Below are positions 54,165 to 63,775 of a DNA stretch of 64,000 bases, in pieces. The notes under the pieces were generated by a model. That model made no database searches and was not told the origin of the DNA. It worked only from the letters and a program-made list of their open reading frames with translations. The translations under genes were made by a program, and so were the position numbers. How positions within the stretch are numbered: position 1 is the first letter of the stretch; each line of letters begins with the position of its first letter. Source of the DNA: a virus; the IMG/VR virus record IMGVR_UViG_3300028800_000071, positions 1 through 64,000 of that record; one strand, written 5' to 3'.

Positions 54165-54622
54165 TAGTGATTCTCCTTTATCGCGAGAAAGTTGTTCGCG
54201 GCTTCTTTGTGCTTACACCACTTCTCGGCGTGACCGTCGGCGCAGGTGCAGGACGGACGCGACGAATCGGTCGTCCACGTTCCGTGCAGACGCTGACGCC
54301 GATGCTCTTGCATCCCTTGGACGTGAAACGCGTTCTCGATGCCGTCATCCCATACGGATATGAACCCGTTGGCGTTCTCTTGAACGGCGAGGTTCTCGCT
54401 CGGCGTGAGGCAGCGGCCTTCATGGCCGATGCCGACTTGCTCGATCTCGCGCCAATGCTCGTCGAGCAGTTGATTGGCGACGGTGATGATCTCAACGCCG
54501 GCGCCGTCCGTGTACGTGTTTTGGATGACGCCTTCTTGGCTCACGATGCCGACCGTGATCTCCGGCTCGATCTGCTCACCGCAGGCGAGGCAGGCGAGAT
54601 TCTCGTGTTTGCAATCGCTCAT
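54164..54622 (-). CDS. SWIM zinc-finger protein
   Basis: C-terminal CTCADG....WCKH. Confidence 0.7.
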   Translation of the reverse strand: MSDCKHENLACLACGEQIEPEITVGIVSQEGVIQNTYTDGAGVEIITVANQLLDEHWREIEQVGIGHEGRCLTPSENLAVQENANGFISVWDDGIENAFHVQGMQEHRRQRLHGTWTTDSSRPSCTCADGHAEKWCKHKEAANNFLAIKENH

Positions 54623-55605
54623 AGAAAGTTCTCCACGGTTTCGACTTTGCCGGTGGCATAGTCGATATGACAGCCTCTGATCGGCGCGTTATAGCGGCGC
54701 CGCGCCGTCACGGCTTTCGCCATGGCGTTATCAAACGAGACGCTATCGCCGCGATGATAGGGGAAATAGTCGAATGCGACCGTCAGCGCGTGCTGTTCCT
54801 CTGGCGTCCACCAACACGGCATCACGTGTCCTGGGATATTGTGCGGCCAATAATCGGCGATGAAGCCGATCGCCTGGGGCGTTGACTTAAAAACGTACCA
54901 TTGAACCGGCGAGGCTTGCAGGTCTGGCGCGGCGTAGTACCGTTCTGCCTGCGGTCCGCTCTGGGTGAGGTCAATGGCGCCGACCATCTTGAGATATCGG
55001 CAACTGAGGCATTCGCCTTTGACGTTCTTGTCGAGCGGCTGATCGTGAATGCAGAGCACGTCGCGGACGTTCTGTTGATACGCATCATCGCGGTCGTAAG
55101 TCACCGTGTCGAGCATCCATTCGCTTACAGGGTCCGTGCCGTCGCCGATCTGCTCGGGTTCGTACATGGTGCCGTCGGCGTTGTAGTAGATAATCCGGTC
55201 GCCAGACAGAATCTCGCGCAGGCGCTTCTCGGCGATCTCGGCGTCGGCGGCGCGAACCCAGAAGGCTTCGTAAACGACGCGATTGATCTTGATCAGATAT
55301 TCGCGCGCGCCGTCGGCGACGGGGCGCTTCGGTGCGGCTTCTTCACGATTCGGTCCCCATTGTTTGGGAAACGATTGGAACTCGTGATGCGGAAATGGAC
55401 AGTTGCCGACGACGCAGTACGGCTTCGGGTCCTCGCATTCGGCCGTATGCTCGTGATCGACCAAGCATTGCTCGGCCGCAGCGGGGAACTCGTGATCGCG
55501 AAACGTGTCGCCGCAGACGAAGCAGGGTTCATCTTCGGTGCCACGGAGCTCGGCGATGCCGTCGGTGATCACTTTCAATAGATCGGTGATGGTCTGAATA
55601 CTCAT
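54619..55605 (-). CDS. multi-module hypothetical protein
   Basis: Starts MSIQTITD after the CCGTAGGAGA motif. Confidence 0.65.
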   Translation of the reverse strand: MSIQTITDLLKVITDGIAELRGTEDEPCFVCGDTFRDHEFPAAAEQCLVDHEHTAECEDPKPYCVVGNCPFPHHEFQSFPKQWGPNREEAAPKRPVADGAREYLIKINRVVYEAFWVRAADAEIAEKRLREILSGDRIIYYNADGTMYEPEQIGDGTDPVSEWMLDTVTYDRDDAYQQNVRDVLCIHDQPLDKNVKGECLSCRYLKMVGAIDLTQSGPQAERYYAAPDLQASPVQWYVFKSTPQAIGFIADYWPHNIPGHVMPCWWTPEEQHALTVAFDYFPYHRGDSVSFDNAMAKAVTARRRYNAPIRGCHIDYATGKVETVENFL

Positions 55606-55696
55606 TTGGAATCTCCTACGGATTTGATGCGTTTTGAATGTTGACGCCGCCAATCAAACAACTTCTTGATTCGCGGGTCGCGTTGTCGTAGACGCC

Positions 55697-56299
55697 TCAT
55701 TGCTGACGAGCCTCGACGACGCCGCAGAACTTGCATGACGCGGCATGACTGAGACGATAGCGCCAGACGAGAAGCGCCGCGCAGCAGAAGCAATCGCGGC
55801 ATTCATGCCGATTGTCCGTACTTACGGCCGCCTGGCGCTTGAGCTCCTTGTCGTCGAGCGGCCACGCATTCGCCAACTGCTCGTTGAACGATACGCCGTC
55901 GTCGATGATTCGCTCGACCCCCAGGATGACGTTCGTTCGGCGAGCGATATCGTTCGCGTACGTGAGCGCTTCTGCTTCGGTCGGACAGACCGTGCCGTCG
56001 CCGACTTTCCAGATGCCATACCCGGCGTCGAACCCGATCACCGTGCCGACGGCATCGCCGTGATCGTAGCAGAGAATCGGCGAGACGCGGACGGATTCGA
56101 GATCGTACTTCTCATAGACTTGCGCGAGCTTGTCGCCGGGGTTATTGGCGAAGATCGCGTGCGCCCATTCGGCGGCATCCTCGAACTTGTCGAAGTGCGC
56201 GCCGCCTTGGTTCTCGCGCAGCAGTACGCGAAGCCCGCTTTTCTTTTCGCGGATCGTCGGCGCGAATCGCAGACGAGTCGAGAGCGGATAGTCTGGCAT
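55697..56299 (-). CDS. hypothetical protein with C-terminal Cys cluster
   Basis: Starts MPDYPL (TAATG coupling); HECRDCFCC. Confidence 0.65.
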   Translation of the reverse strand: MPDYPLSTRLRFAPTIREKKSGLRVLLRENQGGAHFDKFEDAAEWAHAIFANNPGDKLAQVYEKYDLESVRVSPILCYDHGDAVGTVIGFDAGYGIWKVGDGTVCPTEAEALTYANDIARRTNVILGVERIIDDGVSFNEQLANAWPLDDKELKRQAAVSTDNRHECRDCFCCAALLVWRYRLSHAASCKFCGVVEARQQ

Positions 56300-57126
56300 T
56301 AGTTGTTCTCCCACAGGAAGCCCGCGCCGACGATCAAGCGTTTGAACGCCTTCATGAGCGACGGGTGTCGTGCTTCGAGCGCGGCGCGTAATGCGTCTGG
56401 CTCTTGCATGAGATCTGCGTCGGTCGCCTCTGGCCAAATGGCGGTGCGGCGCGCGTGATCGAGTTGGCGTTCCTTGCCCTCTCCGATGCGCTCTGACTGA
56501 ACCCATTTCAGGACCGGCGTCGTTGGCAGATCATCGCCGTCGTGCCGTTCCTTGAGGATGAAAAGCGGGACCGTTTCGAGGCCAGCATACTTGAGGCCGG
56601 TCGGCGTATCGCTCAGTTTCACGCCAACGCCGAGTGGGGCGCCGGTGATGGCGTGCAGTTCCCACATTTTCAATCCGCTTCGCGTCGTCAACGGTTGGCG
56701 TTCGCCTTTGCGTAGCCCCCAACAGTCACGATCGCCGGCGTGATAGATCGTATTGGCGACGTAATGCATCGGCGCGTCGCTGCTCGTCAAGTGCCATGGA
56801 ATGAACGGCGCGAGCTCGGGGAATACGCTAGCGATCTCGTCGTGCATACAGCCGCCGGCCTCAATGTCATGGCGGCGCCTGCTGGCGGCGGTCGTCACGC
56901 CGGCCGTAATCGCGAACGTGTTGTGCCCGTTGCGGCATTCGTCGTCGAATCGAAGGTTGACGGTCATGCGGCCGCCGGGGCCGTAGTCGTCGATCGGCCG
57001 GCTGGACTTCCATTCTTGCTTGCAGAAGCAGCCTGGCTTTTCGTCCTCTCGCGCCGTGACGGCGAACATTCGGCCTTCGACGCCGTTGATCGTGTGCTCG
57101 TGTTCTTGCTTGATGATCGGGTTCAC
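56299..57126 (-). CDS. conserved phage hypothetical protein
   Basis: RFDDECRNGHNTFAIT, GGCMHDEI...FPEL...WHL, PMHYVANTIYHA; pattern recalled from phage early regions. Confidence 0.7.
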   Translation of the reverse strand: MNPIIKQEHEHTINGVEGRMFAVTAREDEKPGCFCKQEWKSSRPIDDYGPGGRMTVNLRFDDECRNGHNTFAITAGVTTAASRRRHDIEAGGCMHDEIASVFPELAPFIPWHLTSSDAPMHYVANTIYHAGDRDCWGLRKGERQPLTTRSGLKMWELHAITGAPLGVGVKLSDTPTGLKYAGLETVPLFILKERHDGDDLPTTPVLKWVQSERIGEGKERQLDHARRTAIWPEATDADLMQEPDALRAALEARHPSLMKAFKRLIVGAGFLWENN

Positions 57127-57503
57127 TTGATGATCTCCTCGGTGAGTTCAATCTCGACGACGAAGGGATGCTGACAGCAGCGGAAGCGATTGCCGCTCCC
57201 GTCAACGTCGATCAGCGGCGCATAGCATCCCATGCTCGGGCAGACGACGATGCCGGTGCCGGCGGCGTTGATGCGCTTCTCGGCCACGTCAACGAGAACG
57301 GCGAGCGCCTCTTGGCTCCCCATTGTGAGCCCTTCGCGCGCATCGGTGATCGAGATCGGCTTGAGGCCGCGCTCGACGCAGGTCTGGCACGTGTCGCCGT
57401 AACAGCCGCCGTGCCGAATGCAGGCGAAGCTCGGCCCTTTGACGGTCACGTACTCGTACTCTGGCTCCCGGGCTTGCGCCGGTGTGATATGATCGTTTTG
57501 CAT
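57123..57503 (-). CDS. Cys-rich hypothetical protein
   Basis: Starts MQNDHIT after the CCGTAGGAGA motif. Confidence 0.65.
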   Translation of the reverse strand: MQNDHITPAQAREPEYEYVTVKGPSFACIRHGGCYGDTCQTCVERGLKPISITDAREGLTMGSQEALAVLVDVAEKRINAAGTGIVVCPSMGCYAPLIDVDGSGNRFRCCQHPFVVEIELTEEIIK

Positions 57504-57531
57504 TAGGGATTCTCCTACGGGTTCTGAGTGC

Positions 57532-57566
57532 AGGGGCGACGGGGTAAAACCCGCCGCCCCCTTTTT
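57532..57566 (+). terminator. hairpin with T-tract oriented against the local genes
   Basis: AGGGGCGACGGGGT-AAA-ACCCGCCGCCCC followed by TTTTTT on the + strand. Confidence 0.55.
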
Positions 57567-57579
57567 GTTTTCCAGCCGC

Positions 57580-58803
57580 TTACTGCCGAAGCGGCATGAT
57601 GATGCAGTAATCGCCGGTCCGATTCGCCAGGACGAGCGGCGAGAGCGGGTTGTGCAGGTCGGCTTCGATCTGCTCGTAATCGTCGAACGACGACAGGCAG
57701 CTGGCGAGATACTCGGCATTGAAGGCAATGCTCATATCGTTCGCGAGCGGCTTGGGCGCCGGTTCGGTGAACGCGACGAGACGCGTGAACTTTCCTTTCG
57801 TCTCGCTCTCGGCGTTGATCTCGACGGCGTTGCCCTTGGCAAGGAACAGGAGTTTGATCAACGATGCGCGGTCGCTGGCCACTTTGCCGGCGGCCGTCAC
57901 GGCGGCGATCATTTCATCCACGGGGATACTGACTGTGCCGCTGATCATAGCCTTCGCCGGATAGACGGCTTCGTAGTTCGGGTACTGACCGTCCACGCAG
58001 CGGCAGATCACGGTGATGCCGTCGCTCACGGCGATGGCGTACGTGGTGTTGGCCTTGACGGTGATCGAGACTTCGACTTCGCTGGCCTTCGGCAGAACTT
58101 TCATCATCGCTCTAGCGAATACGGGAACGACGATGGCCTTGCCGCCGGTGCCCTTCTTCTCTTGATCGCCGGTGAACGAATCACGAACGACGGCATCCTC
58201 GATCTGGAAGTGTCCCATTTTGTAGCCGTCCGTTGCGGTGATCGCTGCGCCGGCGTTGCCTTTGATTTCGAGCAGCGTGCTCATGAGCGTGGCGCCGCGC
58301 GCTTGTTCGTCGCTCGCGTGCTTACTGCATTTGAGGAACGCCACGCGTACGTTGTCCGTCGGCGCGAGGAAGGCCGCGATGCGTTCGCCGTCGGTTGGCG
58401 GATAGGCGGGGAGGTCCTCGGCCGGCAGAGTGGGCAGCGTGACGCTGCCAATTCCCCACCCGAGATCGTCGGCGCTGGCGAGGGAGAGTTTATCTGCCTC
58501 GAACGTCAAGCGAACGTTCCCGTGAACGCCCTTGAGCATTTCCTTGAGCGCCTTGGGGCTAACGGTCGTTTCACCGGCGGTGATGCCGACGGCCGGGACT
58601 TCGGCGATGATGCGCGTTTCGAGATCGGTTCCCGTGATCGAGAGTTTGCCGGTGCGGTGATCGGCGCTCAGTTTCACGTTCGCCAAGATCGGCGTATGCG
58701 AATGCGTGTTGACGGCGAGCAAGACTTGCGTGAGTGCCTTGACGAGATTCTTGGCGTCGGTGACGACGACGGCGGGTTCGAGTTTGGTTTGTGCTTGTGC
58801 CAT
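57580..58803 (-). CDS. dnaN: DNA polymerase III beta sliding clamp homologue
   Basis: PILANVKL, ITGTDLE, ATDGYKM, DGQYPNYEAVYP, IAFNAEYL, C-terminal IIMPLR. Confidence 0.9.
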   Translation of the reverse strand: MAQAQTKLEPAVVVTDAKNLVKALTQVLLAVNTHSHTPILANVKLSADHRTGKLSITGTDLETRIIAEVPAVGITAGETTVSPKALKEMLKGVHGNVRLTFEADKLSLASADDLGWGIGSVTLPTLPAEDLPAYPPTDGERIAAFLAPTDNVRVAFLKCSKHASDEQARGATLMSTLLEIKGNAGAAITATDGYKMGHFQIEDAVVRDSFTGDQEKKGTGGKAIVVPVFARAMMKVLPKASEVEVSITVKANTTYAIAVSDGITVICRCVDGQYPNYEAVYPAKAMISGTVSIPVDEMIAAVTAAGKVASDRASLIKLLFLAKGNAVEINAESETKGKFTRLVAFTEPAPKPLANDMSIAFNAEYLASCLSSFDDYEQIEADLHNPLSPLVLANRTGDYCIIMPLRQ

Positions 58804-58811
58804 GTTGATAT

Positions 58812-59333
58812 TCATTCTCCTACGGGTGCGTTGTGTGTATTGTAGAACGCCGCGACGGCGAGATTCTTGAGCATTGATTCGATGGCGCGGCATTCGGCAG
58901 CGGCGTCAACTTCGATCGCATCGAAGGCCACGTCGCCGCATTCGTCCCAAAGAATCCTGCCGCGTGTATCTATGGGACAGGTGATGAGGGTGTCGCCCTC
59001 TAGCCAATAGACCTGCGCGTCGTCAAGGATGACGAGTTGCGTGCCGGTCGGCGGCGAACTTGTATCGACTTTCTTCTCGAACTTGAGGCGGTCCGTGAGA
59101 TCGACTTGTGCATCCGCCAACTTCTCGGCGTAGTTCTCCAAGTCGAGGCAGACCTGATTGAAGTCCGGCAGATAGCGCGGGTAATCCACTTGCGCGTCGA
59201 GATCGTGATCCCACGCTCGTTGCAGTTGGCGCGCGGCCTGTGCAAAGAGCATCGCGGCCTCTGGCATATCGGGGCAGGCGGAACAGAACTCGTTGGCGGC
59301 TTTGCCGTGGATGCAGTCGTAGGCGCGCTTCAT
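58812..59333 (-). CDS. hypothetical protein
   Basis: ATGA coupling within the early cluster. Confidence 0.65.
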   Translation of the reverse strand: MKRAYDCIHGKAANEFCSACPDMPEAAMLFAQAARQLQRAWDHDLDAQVDYPRYLPDFNQVCLDLENYAEKLADAQVDLTDRLKFEKKVDTSSPPTGTQLVILDDAQVYWLEGDTLITCPIDTRGRILWDECGDVAFDAIEVDAAAECRAIESMLKNLAVAAFYNTHNAPVGE

Positions 59334-59596
59334 ACCGGCGGTCCCTCAAAGCCGCTGACCATGATGGCGTCAAACTTACTGCTGACGTGCATACGCAGTA
59401 TCGCTCGGCGAAAGCGCCCTTGATGAAAGAGGCGCTCGCGGAACGGCAGTTTGCTCATGCTGTCGAACAGCGCTCGCTGGTTCTGTGTCATGAGCGAATC
59501 GGCTACTCGGTCGGCCATTTGCGCCGCGCCGAGATCGGAGAACGGGGCTTCGAGGATGGCCAGCGCATCGGCCGGCGTCATGGTGATCTGTTGCAT
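59330..59596 (-). CDS. hypothetical protein
   Basis: Preceded by CCATAGGAGA. Confidence 0.65.
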   Translation of the reverse strand: MQQITMTPADALAILEAPFSDLGAAQMADRVADSLMTQNQRALFDSMSKLPFRERLFHQGRFRRAILRMHVSSKFDAIMVSGFEGPPV

Positions 59597-59620
59597 ACTT
59601 TCTCCTATGGTTCGAGTGAT

Positions 59621-60286
59621 TTAGAGGTCGGTGATGCCGAGCACGTTTCGGACTTCTGTGTGCGAGCCAACCCATCCGTCGGCGTACAGCCCGACGCCGT
59701 GTTGGAAGTCGCGGTCCATCCGCAGCCGTTCGGCGTGCCCGAGCTCGTCGAGCGCCACGATCTTGTGCGGGCACCACGGCTTGTCTTGCGCGCCGTCGGG
59801 ACAGGAACAGACGGGCTGCGAATCCGGCTCGATATCATTGGCGATGATCGCCTTGCGATACGCGATCATGCCTTCGACGTACGCCGACCCGAGCTCGGGT
59901 TCGATCTCCTCGGGCAGCGCCGAGTTCCAGACTTCCATTTTGTCGATGGCGCTTGGCGGGTCGCCTTTGTACCCCTGATTGACGCAGTAGTACGCTCCCC
60001 ATTCGAGGCGCGGCAGAATCGGCTTCTTGCAGCCGTCGCAGAAGTCGATGCAGCCGTTGTCGTACTCTTGCTGCGCCGTCATTGGCTCATCGGGGTCGTT
60101 CTCGAAGCGCGTCGACTTGCCGTTCTCGACGGGGCATTCGTGCTTCGGATTACATGACGGGCAGAAGATGAACGAGGGGAACCAAACGGGTGCGGCGCCG
60201 TTCGCGATCGCCTCGGGCGATGACGTGTGACGTTCGCCGTGACAGTAGGCGACGATGGTCTTGGGAAGAACGAGAATCGTTTGCAT
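59621..60286 (-). CDS. Cys-rich protein with SWIM-like finger
   Basis: CSCPDG....WCPH; GGAGG RBS. Confidence 0.65.
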   Translation of the reverse strand: MQTILVLPKTIVAYCHGERHTSSPEAIANGAAPVWFPSFIFCPSCNPKHECPVENGKSTRFENDPDEPMTAQQEYDNGCIDFCDGCKKPILPRLEWGAYYCVNQGYKGDPPSAIDKMEVWNSALPEEIEPELGSAYVEGMIAYRKAIIANDIEPDSQPVCSCPDGAQDKPWCPHKIVALDELGHAERLRMDRDFQHGVGLYADGWVGSHTEVRNVLGITDL

Positions 60287-60720
60287 TAGTGGTCCTCCAT
60301 TGGCGGAAGTGCGAAGTAGAGATCGGTGAGATCGTTGACGCCAAGAACCTCGAACGTGAGGGCATTGAGCGTTGCGATCAGAACGAGTTGACTATGCTTG
60401 CCGTGCGGACGATCGGCGGCGTACGCGCGGCGGTACAGGGCTTGCAAAGCGACGGCGACTTCGTAGTCGGTGGGGCCGGTTGCCGGGCCGGCCCCTTTGG
60501 TCGAACAGTTGACGCAGACGAACGCCGTGCGGTCGCAGGTCGTGAAACGATGGCGGCAGGTGTGACAGTCTTTCGTCACCGTCAAGCCGCCATCGTTCAC
60601 GTCATGATCGACGTAGATCACCACGGCCTCACGACGGCAAACATGAGGATGATAAACAGAACGACGCCGACGACGATGCGCCAATCTTCGTGTTGCTTCG
60701 TCATCATCAGAATTGCTCAA
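60286..60720 (-). CDS. hypothetical zinc-ribbon protein (start uncertain)
   Basis: CHTC...CVNC; TAATG coupling. Confidence 0.55.
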   Translation of the reverse strand: MSNSDDDEATRRLAHRRRRRSVYHPHVCRREAVVIYVDHDVNDGGLTVTKDCHTCRHRFTTCDRTAFVCVNCSTKGAGPATGPTDYEVAVALQALYRRAYAADRPHGKHSQLVLIATLNALTFEVLGVNDLTDLYFALPPMEDH

Positions 60721-61018
60721 ACTCTAGCTTGAGGCGTTCGGCGAGCATCGCCGCGCCGCCGACGAATCCCCATCCGAGATCGGCGATTTGATCGGGGTGC
60801 GGCTCGCCGAACGGAACCATCTTCAAGCCCGAATCTTCGCCGCCGCGCCAGATACCGATGGGGCCGATAGGGAACTCTTTGATATAGTCCTTGCATTTGA
60901 ACGTGACTTTGGCGCCGCTCGGGATCACGACGTTCGTGAGTTTCTTGAGCGATTCGACCAACTGTTGCTCGCAGGCTTCGCCATACGATGCTTTGGTGAC
61001 GACGGGCTTCTTGGCCAT
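60707..61018 (-). CDS. hypothetical protein
   Basis: Starts MAKKPVV after GGAGGACACCGCTA. Confidence 0.65.
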   Translation of the reverse strand: MAKKPVVTKASYGEACEQQLVESLKKLTNVVIPSGAKVTFKCKDYIKEFPIGPIGIWRGGEDSGLKMVPFGEPHPDQIADLGWGFVGGAAMLAERLKLEFEQF

Positions 61019-61197
61019 TAGCGGTGTCCTCCGAAGTCCCACGACGCGACTTCAAGTTGGCGCATGATGCGGTCGGCGTTGGTTTCTCCGAGCGTCTTGA
61101 CGAGATAGCCATAGCGGCTGTCGTTGCCGCGTAACCGATCTATATCGGCAACGGTCGTGATGCCGAGATCGGCGAGCGCGGTTTTCAGGTCGGCCAT
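61018..61197 (-). CDS. small hypothetical protein
   Basis: Starts MADLKTAL after GGAGGACACCGCTA. Confidence 0.6.
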   Translation of the reverse strand: MADLKTALADLGITTVADIDRLRGNDSRYGYLVKTLGETNADRIMRQLEVASWDFGGHR

Positions 61198-61403
61198 TAG
61201 CGGTGTCCTCCAAGTGGTGAGAGCGGTGCATTGCGGAGTGCTTGACGCAGCCGGCCGATCGCCGCAAGCCGGTTGCCGAGCAGGGTGACGGCGTGGAACT
61301 GTTGGTTGTGCCGCTTCACGGCGCCACGTGAGAACGCGGCGTCGGTGATGACCATGCGGCAGGCCGGGCAGAAAGCCCGGCCCTCGGTGATCAGTTTCAT
61401 CAT
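61197..61403 (-). CDS. small C2H2-like zinc protein
   Basis: CPAC...HNQQFH. Confidence 0.55.
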   Translation of the reverse strand: MMKLITEGRAFCPACRMVITDAAFSRGAVKRHNQQFHAVTLLGNRLAAIGRLRQALRNAPLSPLGGHR

Positions 61404-61405
61404 GA

Positions 61406-61675
61406 TCAGGCCCTCGCGTATCCGTGCTGTTCGAGTTGCGTGACGACGAGCGCCGCGCCGCGATCAACGTCGCGCAGACGCTTGACGCGCTTCCACGTTC
61501 CGCCGAACGGCTTTTCGCCGTGCGGCTTCCAGCTGGACTTTTTGAGAACCCATCCGTTGCTTCGGATGCTGTACGTCGTAACGATCTCGGTCGGGACGCC
61601 GGTGACGCTATCGGGTTGCGTGCGGCGCTTGGTGAGACGAGCGACTTCCTCGCCGTTCTTGAATAGACTTGCCAT
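61406..61675 (-). CDS. basic hypothetical protein
   Basis: Starts MASLFKNG after CCGTAGGAGA. Confidence 0.65.
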   Translation of the reverse strand: MASLFKNGEEVARLTKRRTQPDSVTGVPTEIVTTYSIRSNGWVLKKSSWKPHGEKPFGGTWKRVKRLRDVDRGAALVVTQLEQHGYARA

Positions 61676-61706
61676 GTTGGTTCTTCTCCTACGGGATTTT
61701 GGTGTG

Positions 61707-62264
61707 CTACAGGATGGCGTATGCCAGAACATCGTCGGTGCCGGTGAACGTGTTGAGGCGCTCTTGCTCGGCGCGGCTATGCTGAACGTGGCGGCCTTGG
61801 TTCTTGCAGTAGTCCTCCACGTCCATGATGCGATAGAGTTCGCTTTCGCGGCGGCGCGCTTCTTCGATCATCGACGTATGCCCGACGACCGTATAGGCGT
61901 ACGCGTGATGCGCGTCGGCGGCGATGCAGGGCACGACGTACAGGAACTTTGGGTCGAGCGTCTCGGCGACGAGCGCGCCGACCTGCCGGGTCCTTTCGGC
62001 CGATTCGGCTTCCAGGCGATCGGCGAGGATATCGAGGCCACGTGCCAACAGCCGCGCGCCGAGGACGACGCGTTCTTGCGGCTTGAGGTGCGCTTCGCGC
62101 GGCAGTAGCGCGTTCGTGATCGCCGTTGCGGCTTGGTCGAGGATATGGGAAAGTTCCACCGCGCCGGCGCCGTCGTCGCGTTCTTGCGCGGTGAGCGATT
62201 CGGTAATGAGAGAGCGGAGATCGGCGCGGCGCCGGGCGTGAGCGGACGGGGTGATCTTGGTCAT
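61707..62264 (-). CDS. hypothetical protein
   Basis: Preceded by CCGTAGGAGA. Confidence 0.7.
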   Translation of the reverse strand: MTKITPSAHARRRADLRSLITESLTAQERDDGAGAVELSHILDQAATAITNALLPREAHLKPQERVVLGARLLARGLDILADRLEAESAERTRQVGALVAETLDPKFLYVVPCIAADAHHAYAYTVVGHTSMIEEARRRESELYRIMDVEDYCKNQGRHVQHSRAEQERLNTFTGTDDVLAYAIL

Positions 62265-62293
62265 GTTGTTTATTCTCCTACGGTTGTGAGTGA

Positions 62294-62479
62294 TTAAAGG
62301 GGAACGTTTTGGACGGTGGTCGTGCTATCGCCGTCATCTTCGTCGTAGCGCCAGCGCCAGCCGCCGTTGCCGTCGGAAGTATAGAGCTTGCGGCGTTCTT
62401 GCGTATTGACCTTACGGCTGATCTCCGCGCCCTTCTCGTCCAGCATAATGAACGTGCGCGTGACGGTTTGCTCGTTCAC
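62294..62479 (-). CDS. small hypothetical protein
   Basis: GTGA overlap with the upstream gene. Confidence 0.55.
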   Translation of the reverse strand: MNEQTVTRTFIMLDEKGAEISRKVNTQERRKLYTSDGNGGWRWRYDEDDGDSTTTVQNVPL

Positions 62480-62877
62480 AGTAGATGCCCCCGACCGGCG
62501 TTGATAATGTTCTCGCGGTCGATTGCGCTGAAGCCGCCGTCATCGTAATCGCGGCCATGCGAATCGCGGGGTTCGCCGTCGTCATCGGTTTCTTCGGCGT
62601 CGTCGGCGACGCTGACGGCGGCGGGCTTCGGCATCCGGTAATATGCGGCGGCGCATTCGGGGCAGATGGCGATCAGGACTTTCATATCGCCGATTGTCCA
62701 GCCGTCGTCGGTGACGTAGATATCCCAAACGCCGCCGGGATCGTGAACGACGCCTTTGCGAACCATGGCGCTCGTTCCGAGTTTGCGGTCGGGGTGCGCC
62801 TCGCAGGCGAGCATGAAACCGTGATCGGTGAACTCAAAGAGTTCGCCGCTGGTGGTGATTTCGAAACGGTCTGTCAT
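62476..62877 (-). CDS. acidic hypothetical protein
   Basis: GAGG RBS; CPEC. Confidence 0.65.
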   Translation of the reverse strand: MTDRFEITTSGELFEFTDHGFMLACEAHPDRKLGTSAMVRKGVVHDPGGVWDIYVTDDGWTIGDMKVLIAICPECAAAYYRMPKPAAVSVADDAEETDDDGEPRDSHGRDYDDGGFSAIDRENIINAGRGHLL

Positions 62878-62878
62878 G

Positions 62879-63121
62879 TTACTTTACCTCGAAGGCGTTG
62901 GTGAGTGGAACAAGATGGCCGTCAACGTCGCCGTAAACGCGCTTGACGCGGAGCCAGATGCCGTTGTCGGGGTCGTGCGAGATTTCCGTGACCGTGCTCT
63001 TGAAGCGTCGGCCAGATACGCCGCAGGCGCGGGCATATTTGCCAGCGGCTTTGAATTGAATACGGCTTCCCGGTTTGATCGTGAAGCCTCGGTGGGATTG
63101 GACGGATTGCAGTTGCTTCAT
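62879..63121 (-). CDS. small basic SH3/KOW-like protein
   Basis: IKPGSRIQF...STVTEI; preceded by CCGTAGGAGA. Confidence 0.6.
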   Translation of the reverse strand: MKQLQSVQSHRGFTIKPGSRIQFKAAGKYARACGVSGRRFKSTVTEISHDPDNGIWLRVKRVYGDVDGHLVPLTNAFEVK

Positions 63122-63155
63122 GTTTGCGGTTTTTCTCCTACGGGTGTGTGAGTGA

Positions 63156-63452
63156 TTAAACGGTCGGGTTTACGATTTTGCAGTACGACGCGGCCACGCG
63201 CTTCATTTGCTTCGTCGTGCGATCAAGAACGTTGAGCGACGTGCGGTTTACTTTCTTGACGGTGCCGATGAAGTGTGAGCCATGGCGGCTGTTTACTTGG
63301 ACGAGATCGCCTTTTGAGAAGTCGCCTGCCGTCCAGAACGATTCGTTGCGATAGGCGGCTTTGAGAATCGCCATGGCTTCTTCGAGCGTGGACTTGTTTT
63401 GATCGGCAACGTTTTCGCGGATGAAGTTGAGGAAGTTGTGGTTGTATCGCAT
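63156..63452 (-). CDS. KOW/SH3-like hypothetical protein
   Basis: FSKGDLVQV...GTVKKVNRTSLNV; TAATG coupling, start MRYNHNF. Confidence 0.65.
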   Translation of the reverse strand: MRYNHNFLNFIRENVADQNKSTLEEAMAILKAAYRNESFWTAGDFSKGDLVQVNSRHGSHFIGTVKKVNRTSLNVLDRTTKQMKRVAASYCKIVNPTV

Positions 63453-63775
63453 TACTTGCCACCGGCCGGGATGAACGCGGCGATATCGGCGGCGTCGGCG
63501 ACGACCCATTCGCTGAACGTTGCGCGACGGACGAACTTGACGTATTCGTATTTGACGGTCATGAAGTAATCGTTGCAGTAATCGGCGACGGTCGAGCGCG
63601 AGACGGCGCCAACGTTGTCGATGAGCTCGTGCATTGCTTGCAGTACGGGGTTTGACGAATCGGAATCTTCGGGGTTCACGATGGCGAGAACGTCGTCGTG
63701 ATCGTCGTAGATCACCGGCCAGAGCGGGAAGTTGGCTCTGGCAGCGGCGGCGGCGGCGATTTGCTCGTTGTGCAT
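63452..63775 (-). CDS. first gene of the early cluster, hypothetical
   Basis: Preceded by CCGTAGGAGA. Confidence 0.7.
   Translation of the reverse strand: MHNEQIAAAAAARANFPLWPVIYDDHDDVLAIVNPEDSDSSNPVLQAMHELIDNVGAVSRSTVADYCNDYFMTVKYEYVKFVRRATFSEWVVADAADIAAFIPAGGK

Noticed and set aside
57565-58845. 426-aa + strand ORF, and similar long antisense ORFs such as 18889-20451, 35876-37363 and 10010-11011
   Set aside because: Shadow frames of high-GC genes on the opposite strand, without motifs or RBS
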